Positions 1-7,986 are shown, counted from the stretch's first letter. The stretch: 32,000 bases of DNA from Telmatocola sphagniphila (GCF_018398935.1 NZ_CP074694.1:3690001-3722000); one strand, 5' to 3'. The notes: generated from the sequence alone by a model not told the origin. Numbers and translations are program-made.

Positions 1-1
1 T

Positions 2-1582
2 CTGGCTCTTTGCTACGATCCGGATCAAGTCGAGTTGTATTTGATCGACTTCAAGAAAGGCGTCGAATTCAAAGTTTATGCCACCGAAGGGCTGCCGCAC
101 GCCCGAGTTGTGGCTGTGGAGAGCGAACGAGAGTTCGGCCTCAGCGTGTTACAGCGATTGGACGCGATCCTCCGCGAGCGCGGGGAACAGTACCGCGAAG
201 CGGGCTGTAACGACCTGGCCGGTTTCCGGGAAGCTCGGCCCGATTTGCCCTCACCGCGAATTATGCTGATCGTCGATGAGTTTCAGGAATTTTTCGTCGA
301 AGACGACAAGATTTCGCAGGAAGTCGCCCTGCTCCTGGATCGTCTGGTTCGTCAGGGTCGTGCCTTCGGTTTGCATGTCCTAATGGGATCGCAAACGCTC
401 GGCGGGGCTTTCTCTCTGGCCCGCAGCACGATCGATCAGATGGCGGTGCGTATCGCCCTTCAATGTTCGGAAGCCGATGCTCAGTTGATTCTCAGCAAGG
501 ACAACGTCGCCGCTCGACTTCTCTCGCGACCAGGGGAAGCCATTTACAACGATCAGAACGGTCTGGTCGAAGGGAACGATCCCTTCCAGGTCGTCTGGCT
601 ACCCGAAGAGAAACGAGAAAATTATCTTCACGAAATGCGCCAGCGGGCCGGTACGAAGCATACCCGCGAACCGCTGGTATTCGAAGGCTCGGCCTCGGCG
701 GAAGTGCAGAAGAATGAAAAGCTGGCGAACCTAATTGCCGCAAGAAGCTACCCCGAAAAAGTGCGAGCAACGTACGGCTGGCTGGGAGAAGCCATCGCCA
801 TCAAAGACCCGACGGCGGCCGTGTTCCGTAATCAGGGCGGCGCCAATCTGATGATTCTGGGGCAGAATGAGGAAAATTCGTTCTCGATCGCTGGTTCGGT
901 GCTGGTCAGTCTGGCTTTGCAGCACTCACCAGATAAACTTCGGGTCGACATTCTGGATAGCACTCAGGAAGACGATCCCCGGCATGGCCGGATGGAGAAG
1001 ATGACCAAGCAATTGCCTCATTCGATTAAGTTCGGCGATGTGAATGCGATTGGGCCCATCTTCCAGGAATATGCCAGCGAGGTCAGCAAACGTCAGAAAG
1101 GGGAATCGGAAAAGACACCGATGTTCCTGTACATTCAGGGTCTGCAGCGATTCCGAGATTTGCGTAAATCGGACGATGATTTCGGCTTTGGCCGCCGTGG
1201 AGCGGACAAGCAGGCCAGCCCGGCCGAGAATTTTGCCACCATCCTGCGGGAAGGTCCGCCTATGGGCGTTCACGTGATTTTCTGGTGCGATTCGCTGACG
1301 AACCTGAACCGTTCGATCGACCGCCAGGGAATGCGCGAGCTCGGCATGCGTGTGCTATTCCAGATGAGCCAGAACGATTCCAGTGCGTTAATCGACAGCC
1401 CAGCCGCTTCCCGGCTGGGTCGATATCGCGGCCTGTTCGTTTCGGAAGACCTGACCTTCCCTGAAAAGTTCCGGCCTTATAACTTCCCGAGCGACGAATG
1501 GCTATCGGGTATCAGTAAGAGTTTGAGCGAAAGAGTGGCCGAGATCCCCCAAAGCGATGCGACGCTCTCGCCGGTGGGGTGA
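2..1582 (+). CDS. FtsK/SpoIIIE-family (EssC-like) ATPase, C-terminal part; 5' end lies outside the window
   Basis: Frame 2 is open from base 2 (LALCYDPDQVELYLIDFKKG...), so the listed 35..1582 ORF is only the visible part. Motor-domain motifs: LYLIDFKKGVEF, Walker B-like IMLIVDEFQEF (D-E codons 275-280), GRAFGLHVLMGSQ, RIALQCSEADAQLIL. A second domain follows with LGQNEENS (860-880) where a GxxGxGK[ST] P-loop is expected and FLYIQGLQ where hhhhDE is expected. Confidence 0.85.
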   Translation: MALCYDPDQVELYLIDFKKGVEFKVYATEGLPHARVVAVESEREFGLSVLQRLDAILRERGEQYREAGCNDLAGFREARPDLPSPRIMLIVDEFQEFFVEDDKISQEVALLLDRLVRQGRAFGLHVLMGSQTLGGAFSLARSTIDQMAVRIALQCSEADAQLILSKDNVAARLLSRPGEAIYNDQNGLVEGNDPFQVVWLPEEKRENYLHEMRQRAGTKHTREPLVFEGSASAEVQKNEKLANLIAARSYPEKVRATYGWLGEAIAIKDPTAAVFRNQGGANLMILGQNEENSFSIAGSVLVSLALQHSPDKLRVDILDSTQEDDPRHGRMEKMTKQLPHSIKFGDVNAIGPIFQEYASEVSKRQKGESEKTPMFLYIQGLQRFRDLRKSDDDFGFGRRGADKQASPAENFATILREGPPMGVHVIFWCDSLTNLNRSIDRQGMRELGMRVLFQMSQNDSSALIDSPAASRLGRYRGLFVSEDLTFPEKFRPYNFPSDEWLSGISKSLSERVAEIPQSDATLSPVG

Positions 1583-1610
1583 GGCTATCGTATTTCGGTT
1601 GACCCGAAAC

Positions 1611-2113
1611 GTTCCTTAGCCCAAAATGTTCGTTAGCTCAAAATGTTCGTTAGCCCGACACGTAAGTGAGGGCAACAATATACGACTCCACAGCCATTCA
1701 CGGAATACAGCGGGCGATTGTTTTGAAACGGGACTTTTTCCCGTCTTAATTTCCGGTTCCGGTTAGCCCGACACGTAAGTGAGGGCAATAATATACGACT
1801 CCACAGCCATTCACGGAATATAGCGGGCGATTGTTTTGAAACGGGACTTTTTCCCGTCTTAATTTCCGGTTCCGGTTAGCCCGACACGTAAGTGAGGGCA
1901 ACAATTTACGACTCCGAAGCCATTCTCTGAATATAGCGGGTGATTGTTTTGCAACGGGACTTTTTCCCGTCTTAATTTCCGGTTCCGGTTAGCCCGACAC
2001 GTAAGTGAGGGCAACAATATACGACTCCACAGCCATTCACGGAATACAGCGGGCGATTGTTTTGAAACGGGACTTTTTCCCACTTACTGCCCTCACTTAC
2101 GTTTCGGGCTAAC
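1611..2113. repeat. Tandem array: 3 x 17-bp lead-in units, then 3.8 copies of a 113-bp unit, closed by an inverted partial unit
   Basis: The 17-bp units start at 1611, 1628 and 1645. The 113-bp unit (gttagcccgacacgtaagtgaggg...) starts at 1649, 1762, 1875 and 1988, period exactly 113. Copies 1 and 4 are identical, copy 2 has 2 substitutions and copy 3 about 8. Copy 4 stops at unit position 94 (base 2081). 2088..2113 is the reverse complement of unit positions 1-26 with 1 mismatch. Each unit carries the hairpin acggga-ctttt-tcccgt. Confidence 0.95.
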
Positions 2114-2244
2114 GAAAGCAGGCTAACCAAGACGGCCCAACCAACTCTGTTTTTCTTTGCAAATTCTGTCCCAATGTAAGGTCGAACCGCGATTTCAGGT
2201 AAAATAAAGGAGTCGCTAAAAAGCTGAATGACGAGAGCTCACGC

Positions 2245-3585
2245 ATGGCTACGATCCCGCTGGAAACCACGTCCGCCGAGCAGCAAAAAGAAAAGACCGG
2301 GCTGGGCAATTACTTCATTGCCAACTATCCGCCCTTTTCTTTCTGGAAGCCGGATTATCTTTCGGAGGCGAAAAAAGCTCTGGAATCGCCCCCTACCCCC
2401 AACACTCCGCTGGGGCTCTATCTGCACATCCCATTCTGCCGGAAGCGCTGCAAGTTCTGCTACTTCCGCGTCTATACCGACAAGAACGCCAAGGACATCG
2501 AAGTCTATCTCGATGCCCTGGTGAAGGAAGTCTCCATCCTCGCTCAACAGCCGGTGGTGGCCGGTCGCCCCTGGGACTACGTCTACTTCGGCGGCGGCAC
2601 CCCTTCCTACCTCAGCGCCAAGCAACTCCAGTCGCTCATGGAACGCTTGCAGGAAATCAAGCCGTGGGATCAGGCCCGGGAAGTGACTTTCGAATGCGAG
2701 CCGGGCACCTTACAAAAACCGAAACTGGAGACTTTGCGAAAGCTCGGAGTCACCCGCATCAGCCTGGGGGTCGAAAATTTTAAACCGGAAATTCTTCAGT
2801 ACAATGGCCGGGCGCACCTGGAAGAAGAAATTCACCGCGCATTCGGCTGGGCTCGCGAACTGGAATTCCCGCAAATTAACGTCGACTTGATTGCCGGCAT
2901 GGTTGGTGAAGATTGGGAAAACTGGCGGGATTGCGTTCGCAAAACGATTGCGCTCAGCCCTGACAGCGTGACCATTTACCAGATGGAACTTCCTTACAAT
3001 ACGGTCTTTTCGAAAGAAGCCAAGGAACTGGGGGCGGACGAACCACGCCTGGCCATCGCCGACTGGCCGACGAAGCGGGCCTGGGTGGAGTATGCCTTCA
3101 AAACCTTCTGTGAAGCGGGTTATGAAGTTTCCAGCACGGTAACAGTTGTGAAGAAGAAAACCCAGTTCGTCTACCGTGACGCCCTCTGGCGCGGTGCCGA
3201 TATGTTCGGTACTGGCGTAGCCTCTTTCGGCCACATCAACGGCGTTCACATTCAAAACTTGGACACCTGGGAAGCCTACATCGACAAACTCAATCATGGT
3301 GAACTCCCCTTAGGGAGAGCGTTTCCCACTACACCCCGCGATCGCCTGATTCGCGAAATGGTGCTTCAGCTGAAGGAAGGCCATTTGGACGACCGCTATT
3401 TTCAGCAGAAATTCGGCGTGGATATCCTCCAGGAGTTTGCCCCGGTTCTGCAGAAACTTCAGGACGAGGGCTGGCTGGAACGCCGTAGCGATAAGATTCA
3501 AATGACCCCCGCCGGTTTACTTCAGGTCGATAGACATCTGCCCAATTTCTTCGATCCGCAATATATCAGCCAACGATATACTTAA
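2245..3585 (+). CDS. HemN-family radical SAM protein (coproporphyrinogen III oxidase-like / class C rSAM)
   Basis: 446-aa ORF. CxxxCxxC cluster motif in HIPFCRKRCKFCYF, followed by YFGGGTPS and the HemN-type C-terminal region. Overall length and layout match HemN/HemW/ChuW-type enzymes; the subfamily cannot be assigned by eye. Confidence 0.85.
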   Translation: MATIPLETTSAEQQKEKTGLGNYFIANYPPFSFWKPDYLSEAKKALESPPTPNTPLGLYLHIPFCRKRCKFCYFRVYTDKNAKDIEVYLDALVKEVSILAQQPVVAGRPWDYVYFGGGTPSYLSAKQLQSLMERLQEIKPWDQAREVTFECEPGTLQKPKLETLRKLGVTRISLGVENFKPEILQYNGRAHLEEEIHRAFGWARELEFPQINVDLIAGMVGEDWENWRDCVRKTIALSPDSVTIYQMELPYNTVFSKEAKELGADEPRLAIADWPTKRAWVEYAFKTFCEAGYEVSSTVTVVKKKTQFVYRDALWRGADMFGTGVASFGHINGVHIQNLDTWEAYIDKLNHGELPLGRAFPTTPRDRLIREMVLQLKEGHLDDRYFQQKFGVDILQEFAPVLQKLQDEGWLERRSDKIQMTPAGLLQVDRHLPNFFDPQYISQRYT

Positions 3586-3604
3586 ATCCTCTGTAAGTGG
3601 ATCG

Positions 3605-4060
3605 ATGTCGAATCTGACTTTCCTGATGGGCAAATTCCCCGCCGAATTGCCCACCGATAGACGCTATTGCCGCAATCACATGTGGTGCCGGACCGAAGAG
3701 TCGGGCCTTCTGCGATTTGGCTTCAGTTCCTATGCCGTTCGGCTGATGCAGGACGTGTACTTTCTGGACTGGTGCGTCAACGAAGGGGATGCGATCCAGC
3801 TAAAGCAGCAAATTGGGAATATCGAGACTTCGAAGGCCGTCAGCGACCTCTTTTCGCCGGTGGCCGGGCAGCTCGTGAGCATTAATCAGCAACTTTTGAA
3901 GGATCCCTCGGGCATCAATGTCGATATTTACGGTGCGGGCTGGTTGTTCGATATGAAGGGGGAGCCTGTGCCGACGATGAGCCCCCAGGAATACTTCGAA
4001 TTTCTGGAAAAAGGTTGGGAGAACACCCAGCGGATCCTGAAAGGGCAGATGGGGGATTGA
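3605..4060 (+). CDS. Glycine-cleavage H-protein-like lipoyl carrier protein
   Basis: 151-aa ORF starting 19 bp after the rSAM stop. H-protein signature GNIETSKAVSDLFSPVAGQLVSIN aligns with canonical E[ST]VKAASD[IL]Y[AS]P[VL]SG and keeps the lipoyl-lysine. GAGWLFDMK matches the C-terminal GGW[IL]FK motif. Confidence 0.8.
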   Translation: MSNLTFLMGKFPAELPTDRRYCRNHMWCRTEESGLLRFGFSSYAVRLMQDVYFLDWCVNEGDAIQLKQQIGNIETSKAVSDLFSPVAGQLVSINQQLLKDPSGINVDIYGAGWLFDMKGEPVPTMSPQEYFEFLEKGWENTQRILKGQMGD

Positions 4061-4150
4061 TTCGGCTCTTCCGTTTATTTTTTTCGGAATAGCTCCGAAC
4101 CATCTAAAAAGGCCCCCACTCATTTCCCGGATGCGTACAATTAAAGAGCC

Positions 4151-4547
4151 GGGGGCGATCTGGTATCGACCGGGTAATTTGATGTGTTCGTTGCGTGTCG
4201 TGGAAGATCTGATGGCCACGTAAAAATCAGGTCAAAACGTTAGATGCTGAACCTACATTCAGCCTGGCTGCCTAATTTAGAGTAGCCACCATGTCCGGGA
4301 GCTTAGGTTGAGAGGTCCCGGCGCGGTCGTCAAATCAACCTCGCGGATTCCAGAGTTCTTTCGCAAGAAAGGGCGCTTCGAGGGCGGAATCGGCTAAAAA
4401 AACTGATCGATAGTCTGGCAAGAATCCCGCAGGTGGGAGTAGTGTCGGACGAACGGGCTGGTTCGGCCAGCCGGAATACGCCTGATACACACGTAGATAC
4501 GGGCACTTCTGTGCCACGGGACGCGGGTTCGATTCCCGCCGCCTCCA
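4151..4547 (+). ncRNA. ssrA: tmRNA (transfer-messenger RNA)
   Basis: The 5' gggggcgatctggtatcgac resembles the canonical tmRNA 5' end. The 3' ggacgcgggttcgattcccgccgcctcca is the canonical T-arm plus acceptor. Acceptor stem GGGGGCG/CGCCTCC includes a G3:U70 wobble (AlaRS identity). CCA is not encoded (tta follows). The internal tag frame ends ...gct gaa cct aca ttc agc ctg gct gcc taa = AEPTFSLAA* (4246-4275). The resume codon could be AAA at 4234, by analogy with the E. coli AAAAAU-AGUC context. Confidence 0.9.
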
Positions 4548-4554
4548 TTAATCC

Positions 4555-4588
4555 AAGCACTTGCGATTCGTCGCAAGTGCTTATTTTA
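4555..4588 (+). terminator. Rho-independent terminator of ssrA
   Basis: Perfect 12-bp stem aagcacttgcga / tcgcaagtgctt with loop ttcg, followed by atttta. Confidence 0.8.
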
Positions 4589-4627
4589 CTGAGAATTAAA
4601 GAAAATAGATTACTGCATTTTTATCGT

Positions 4628-4921
4628 TCAAACCGTCGAACCTATTAATTGACTCCGAATTTCGGAGCCAAGCGGGACGTCTTCCTTCAGCACATTCAGA
4701 GGTAGGAGAATCGCAAAAGGATGCTTCGATGTCCACGGATCGCAGTGTTCGATTCCTGCGACAGACGTTTTCAATATTATTCGACTATTCTCCACAACTT
4801 CGATTGGATCGCCAATCTTCACTTTGAAGTTGCTAGGTAGCGATTCAAAATCAAGGTCTGAAATTACGATTATCCCACGACCAGTGATCTGAAAAGTTTC
4901 GCGAACGTTGAACAAATGCAT
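4628..4921 (-). CDS. Small standalone protein resembling EF-Tu domain II (translation-factor beta-barrel)
   Basis: 97-aa ORF. FQITGRGIIVISDL...KVKIGDPIEVVEN...SVAGIEH parallels EF-Tu domain II (F.I.GRG.VV.G.V..G.IKVGD.VEI....V.G[IV]E). ATG start with a weak GGATGA upstream. Confidence 0.5.
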   Translation of the reverse strand: MHLFNVRETFQITGRGIIVISDLDFESLPSNFKVKIGDPIEVVENSRIILKTSVAGIEHCDPWTSKHPFAILLPLNVLKEDVPLGSEIRSQLIGSTV

Positions 4922-5062
4922 TTTATGATCATCCGTTCAGAGTCGAGTCGTTCTTTGTATCGTCGAGGTTGTTTTACTAAAATTCTGAACCTTTCGGTTT
5001 TTGGCGCACTCTAGACAATTGTTATTTTCGATGCGAGATTTTCCGTCCTCTGTAATTCCGAG

Positions 5063-5452
5063 GTGCTGATGGTTCAGTCCGAATGTCGTGACCTGATCTT
5101 ACAGTACATCGCAGCCTACAACTGTTTCGACGTGGATGCAATGCTCGCCCTGATGACCGAAGATGTGAATTTCCGGAATATTTCGGGTGGGCAAGTCACT
5201 GCAACGGCATCGGGGAAAGCCGAATTACGAAAATTAGCGGAGCAGACTGCAAAATTATTCCACGAACGCGAGCAGCAGGTGATTGGTATCGAGTTTCGGG
5301 GAAACGCCGCTATCGCTTCAATCAAGTACCGCGGATTACTGGCGTCGGACATTACAGGTTTGGCGGTAGCTGGCACTTGGTTGGAACTTCAAGGACTGTC
5401 AGAATTTATTTTCTCTGGAGCAAGAATAGCCTCTCTCGTCGACCGCAGTTGA
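5063..5452 (+). CDS. SnoaL-like / NTF2-fold family protein
   Basis: 129-aa ORF. YIAAYNCFDVDAMLALMTEDVNFRNISGG is the typical N-terminal helix pattern of SnoaL-like/NTF2-like proteins. A GAGGTG Shine-Dalgarno lies 4 nt before the ATG at 5069, so the true start may be 5069. Confidence 0.6.
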   Translation: MLMVQSECRDLILQYIAAYNCFDVDAMLALMTEDVNFRNISGGQVTATASGKAELRKLAEQTAKLFHEREQQVIGIEFRGNAAIASIKYRGLLASDITGLAVAGTWLELQGLSEFIFSGARIASLVDRS

Positions 5453-5529
5453 GTAGCTACTTCTGCTGGTTGAGATTGGACAGTTCACGCTCGAAGTAGA
5501 TCGAAGTGTTTTTGTAGGAGAAGTAACTG

Positions 5530-5754
5530 ATGACGAAAATCCCACGCCAATACAGTCTTGTACGATTTCTCTTCGATTCAATGGAGCTTAAGTACCACAG
5601 CCAATACCCCTTCACTCGAAAGGGAGTTTATATCTTCTTCGGTGAAATCCCGAATATGCCCGGGCACTGCGTGGTAGCAGACCATCAAACCGGAAAGTTA
5701 TACTCCGGTTTTCATACTGAGAATTTCGCCGAACTATCGGAAGACGAAACTTGA
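5530..5754 (+). CDS. Hypothetical protein (74 aa)
   Basis: ATG preceded by AGGAGA at suitable spacing. No family recognised. Confidence 0.4.
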   Translation: MTKIPRQYSLVRFLFDSMELKYHSQYPFTRKGVYIFFGEIPNMPGHCVVADHQTGKLYSGFHTENFAELSEDET

Positions 5755-6069
5755 GTTTTTGGTTCTGATAGCCTAAGCAGATCGACTTCCACTTATCACC
5801 TGAAGCTCTGGATCAATTAGTTTTCCGAAACTCGGATAGAGAATTTTTTAGTCCAATAGCTTTCAAGAGCGGGAAAAGTGTTCGAACTTTCTCTCTCAAG
5901 AGTCTTCGCATCGAACAGAATTTTGCCCCTCAGTCCAACACTCAATTCGACTTCTCCCGGAGAATCAGGGTAGGCGATGGACCGAATCTCGAATTCTCAT
6001 CGCGGCGATGGGGCCGTTGGTATTTCAGAGTTCGGTCGAAGGCATTCGAGTTACGATTCGCAGATTCGG

Positions 6070-6079
6070 GCCCATTTGG
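6070..6079. repeat. Left copy of 10-bp target-site duplication gcccatttgg
   Basis: Identical 10-mer directly abuts both IS ends (6070-6079 and 7371-7380). Confidence 0.8.
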
Positions 6080-7370
6080 CAGGGAAATCGCGCTTAAATT
6101 CCAAGAAAACATCTAATGTCATTAATTGTATTGCGCATCGTTCTTCTTTAGTGGAGGATGTGGAAATCGCTCGCTAGATCGCCCTGGGGTTCCTCGATGT
6201 TTCAGCTTTCCGAACTATCTCCCGCGCCGGCGAAAACTCCGTTGACCGATCTCCTCGTCCACTTCGCGGATTTGCCCGACCACCGCCTCGATCGTTGCCA
6301 ACAACACACGCTTTCGGAAATCATTTTCATAGCCATTTGCGCCGCGGTTTCCGGAGCCAACGACTGGGTGGCCGTCGAAGCTTTCGGCGTGACCAAGATC
6401 GACTGGTTCCGGAAGTATCTCCCTTGCCCAACGGCATCCCGAGCCATGACACTTTCGGCCGAGTTTTCCGCTATCTGGACACGGATGCTTTCGAGGCCTG
6501 CTTCGCTTCATGGATGGCGGAAATCTGCGTCGGGACCGACCTGCTTCAGGTGGCGATCGACGGCAAGACGATGCGTTCGTCAGGCGGTCCGGGTCAGAAG
6601 TGCCTGCACGTGGTCAGCGCGTTTGCGACGGCCAACCGCGTGACGCTGGGCCAAGAGGCGGTGGACGATAAATCGAACGAGATCACCGCGATCCCGGAAT
6701 TGCTGAAACGGCTGGACATTGCCGGAAAAATCGTGACTATCGACGCGATGGGCTGTCAAAAAAAAATCGCCGAGGCGGTGCGGGAACGGGACGCGGATTA
6801 CCTGTTGGCGGTGAAGGACAATCAACCGACTCTCTTGGCCGAGATCAAGGCTCATTACTTCAAGCATTTGGAGTCCGGATTCGCCGATGTACCGACGACG
6901 TTCTGCGAATCGACGGAGAAGAATCGAGGCCGAGTGGAGTACCGTTCGTGCCTCGTGTTTTCGGACGTCAATTTCTTATCGATGAAGGACGATTGGAAAG
7001 GCTTGAAGACGGTGGTCGTGGTGGTGACCGACCGCCGAGAAAACCACAAGAGCGCGAGCGAAATCCGCTACTATATTTGCAGCCGAGCGTCGGACGCTCC
7101 GGTGTTGGCGAAAGCGGTCCGGGAACATTGGACGATCGAGAATAATTTGCATTGGTCCTTGGATGTGACATTCGGCGACGACGACAGCCGGGTTCGAAAA
7201 GATAACGGCCCTCAGAATTTCGCCAGGATTAAAAGGTTGGCTCTGAGCATAGTAGCGAATGCGAGCGGCAAGGAATCGATGGCAGTCAAACGACTGAAAG
7301 CCTGCGCCAGCGATGAACGCCGAGAATTAATTATTCGAGAATTCCTTCAGCTTTAAATGCGATTTCCCTG
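6080..7370 (+). mobile_element. ISAs1-family insertion sequence (1291 bp) with terminal inverted repeats and TSD
   Basis: IRL cagggaaatcgcgcttaaa (6080-) versus the reverse complement of the right end, cagggaaatcgcatttaaa (-7370): 12 perfect bases, 17/19 overall. Flanked by the direct repeat gcccatttgg. Encodes an ISAs1-type transposase whose stop codon lies inside IRR. Confidence 0.85.
6197..7356 (+). pseudogene. ISAs1-family (H-repeat-associated type) DDE transposase interrupted by a 1-nt frameshift
   Basis: The N-terminal part (MFQLSELSP...DHRLDRCQQHTLSEIIFIAICAAVSGANDWVAVEAFGVTKIDWFRKYL) is in frame 2 up to 6421. The rest (LPNGIPSHDTFGRVFRYLD...AIDGKT...AIDAMGCQK...YLLAVKDNQPTL...HWTIENNLHWSLDVTFGDD) is in frame 1 from 6424. 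Only 2 nt (cc, 6422-6423, within a c-run) separate the two, which implies one missing base. Confidence 0.75.
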
Positions 7371-7380
7371 GCCCATTTGG
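7371..7380. repeat. Right copy of 10-bp target-site duplication gcccatttgg
   Basis: See left copy. Confidence 0.8.
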
Positions 7381-7500
7381 GCATCCTATATATGCTTAAT
7401 CTTGGCGTTGAGACCAAACTCAGGACTGAAATTTTATTAGCTGTGAGCCGGAATGCTGTTTAGAATATGATCCTATTCGATCCGATACAGGAACCTCGAC

Positions 7501-7902
7501 ATGTCTCCCACGAAAATTCTGAGCCTGCTCGTACTTCTCTCAATTAATGGAGTCGCCTTCTCCTATCCTCCGCCCCCCAAAAGCAAGGTGAAGACGCTAG
7601 CCCAATACACCAAGGAAGACATCATCGAGCGACTAATAGGGAAATGGGAAGTTGAAAAAACCAACAACCCCGGGCTGTTACCAGGCTATACATTTAATTT
7701 TGAGAAAAACGGAAATTATCACCACGCCGCTCCGATGGGAAACGCTGCTCAGGGGACCTACGAGATCGTGGATGGCAAACTGAAATGCACTTTAGTTGGT
7801 GGTCTGAGCGATACCGACACCTTTTTTAAAAAATTAACCTTCGATGAAATGGAAGTCGAAAACGATCAGAAAATTATGATGATTTTGAAAAAGGTGAAGT
7901 AG
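7501..7902 (+). CDS. Small secreted protein, lipocalin-like (resembles the Gemmata/planctomycete TIGR03066-67 paralogous families)
   Basis: 133-aa ORF. Signal peptide MSPTKILSLLVLLSINGVAFS. GKWEVEK...YTFNFEKNGNY...GTYEIVDGKLK is the G.W...F.K.G....G.Y pattern of small lipocalin-like domains. The family assignment is from memory, not from a search. Confidence 0.6.
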   Translation: MSPTKILSLLVLLSINGVAFSYPPPPKSKVKTLAQYTKEDIIERLIGKWEVEKTNNPGLLPGYTFNFEKNGNYHHAAPMGNAAQGTYEIVDGKLKCTLVGGLSDTDTFFKKLTFDEMEVENDQKIMMILKKVK

Positions 7903-7948
7903 TCACTCCTTTAATTAATTGAACAGAAATACGTGCCCATCAAATAAC

Positions 7949-7986
7949 AAAGCCCGAGTTAAGCAACTGCCTGACTCGGGCTTTTG
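7949..7986. terminator. Bidirectional terminator between convergent genes
   Basis: 11-bp stem aaagcccgagt / actcgggcttt (7949-7959 / 7974-7984), T-rich on both strands after the GC core. Sits between the 7902 (+) and 8020 (-) gene ends. Confidence 0.6.

Noticed and set aside
1649-2113. Possible CRISPR array
   Set aside because: The units are 113 bp long and abut directly with no unique spacers. No cas genes are in the window. This is a plain tandem repeat.
1859-2126. Track ORFs 1859..2083 (-) and 1944..2126 (+) inside the repeat array
   Set aside because: They exist only because the repeat lacks stops. The 113-bp period is not a multiple of 3, so the peptide would not be periodic. There is no SD, and the composition is that of the non-coding repeat.
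2239-3297. Antisense ORFs 2239..2625 and 2710..3297 opposite the rSAM gene
   Set aside because: They lie fully within a gene with clear family motifs on the other strand. The shadow-frame composition is Arg/Gly/Pro-rich with no motifs.
4330-4648. Four short ORFs over the tmRNA 3' half
   Set aside because: The region is the ssrA RNA, with canonical T-arm, acceptor and terminator.
5977-6177. 66-aa ORF crossing the left IS boundary
   Set aside because: It runs from flanking DNA into the IS inverted repeat, so it is created by the insertion. No SD or motifs.
6158-7356. Treating 6158..6643 and 6295..7356 as two genes, or as a programmed frameshift
   Set aside because: The two frames carry consecutive halves of one ISAs1-type transposase (WFRKYL | LPNGIPSHDTF). 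This family is not known to use programmed frameshifting, and no slippery heptamer is evident. I called it a frameshifted pseudogene or a sequencing error.
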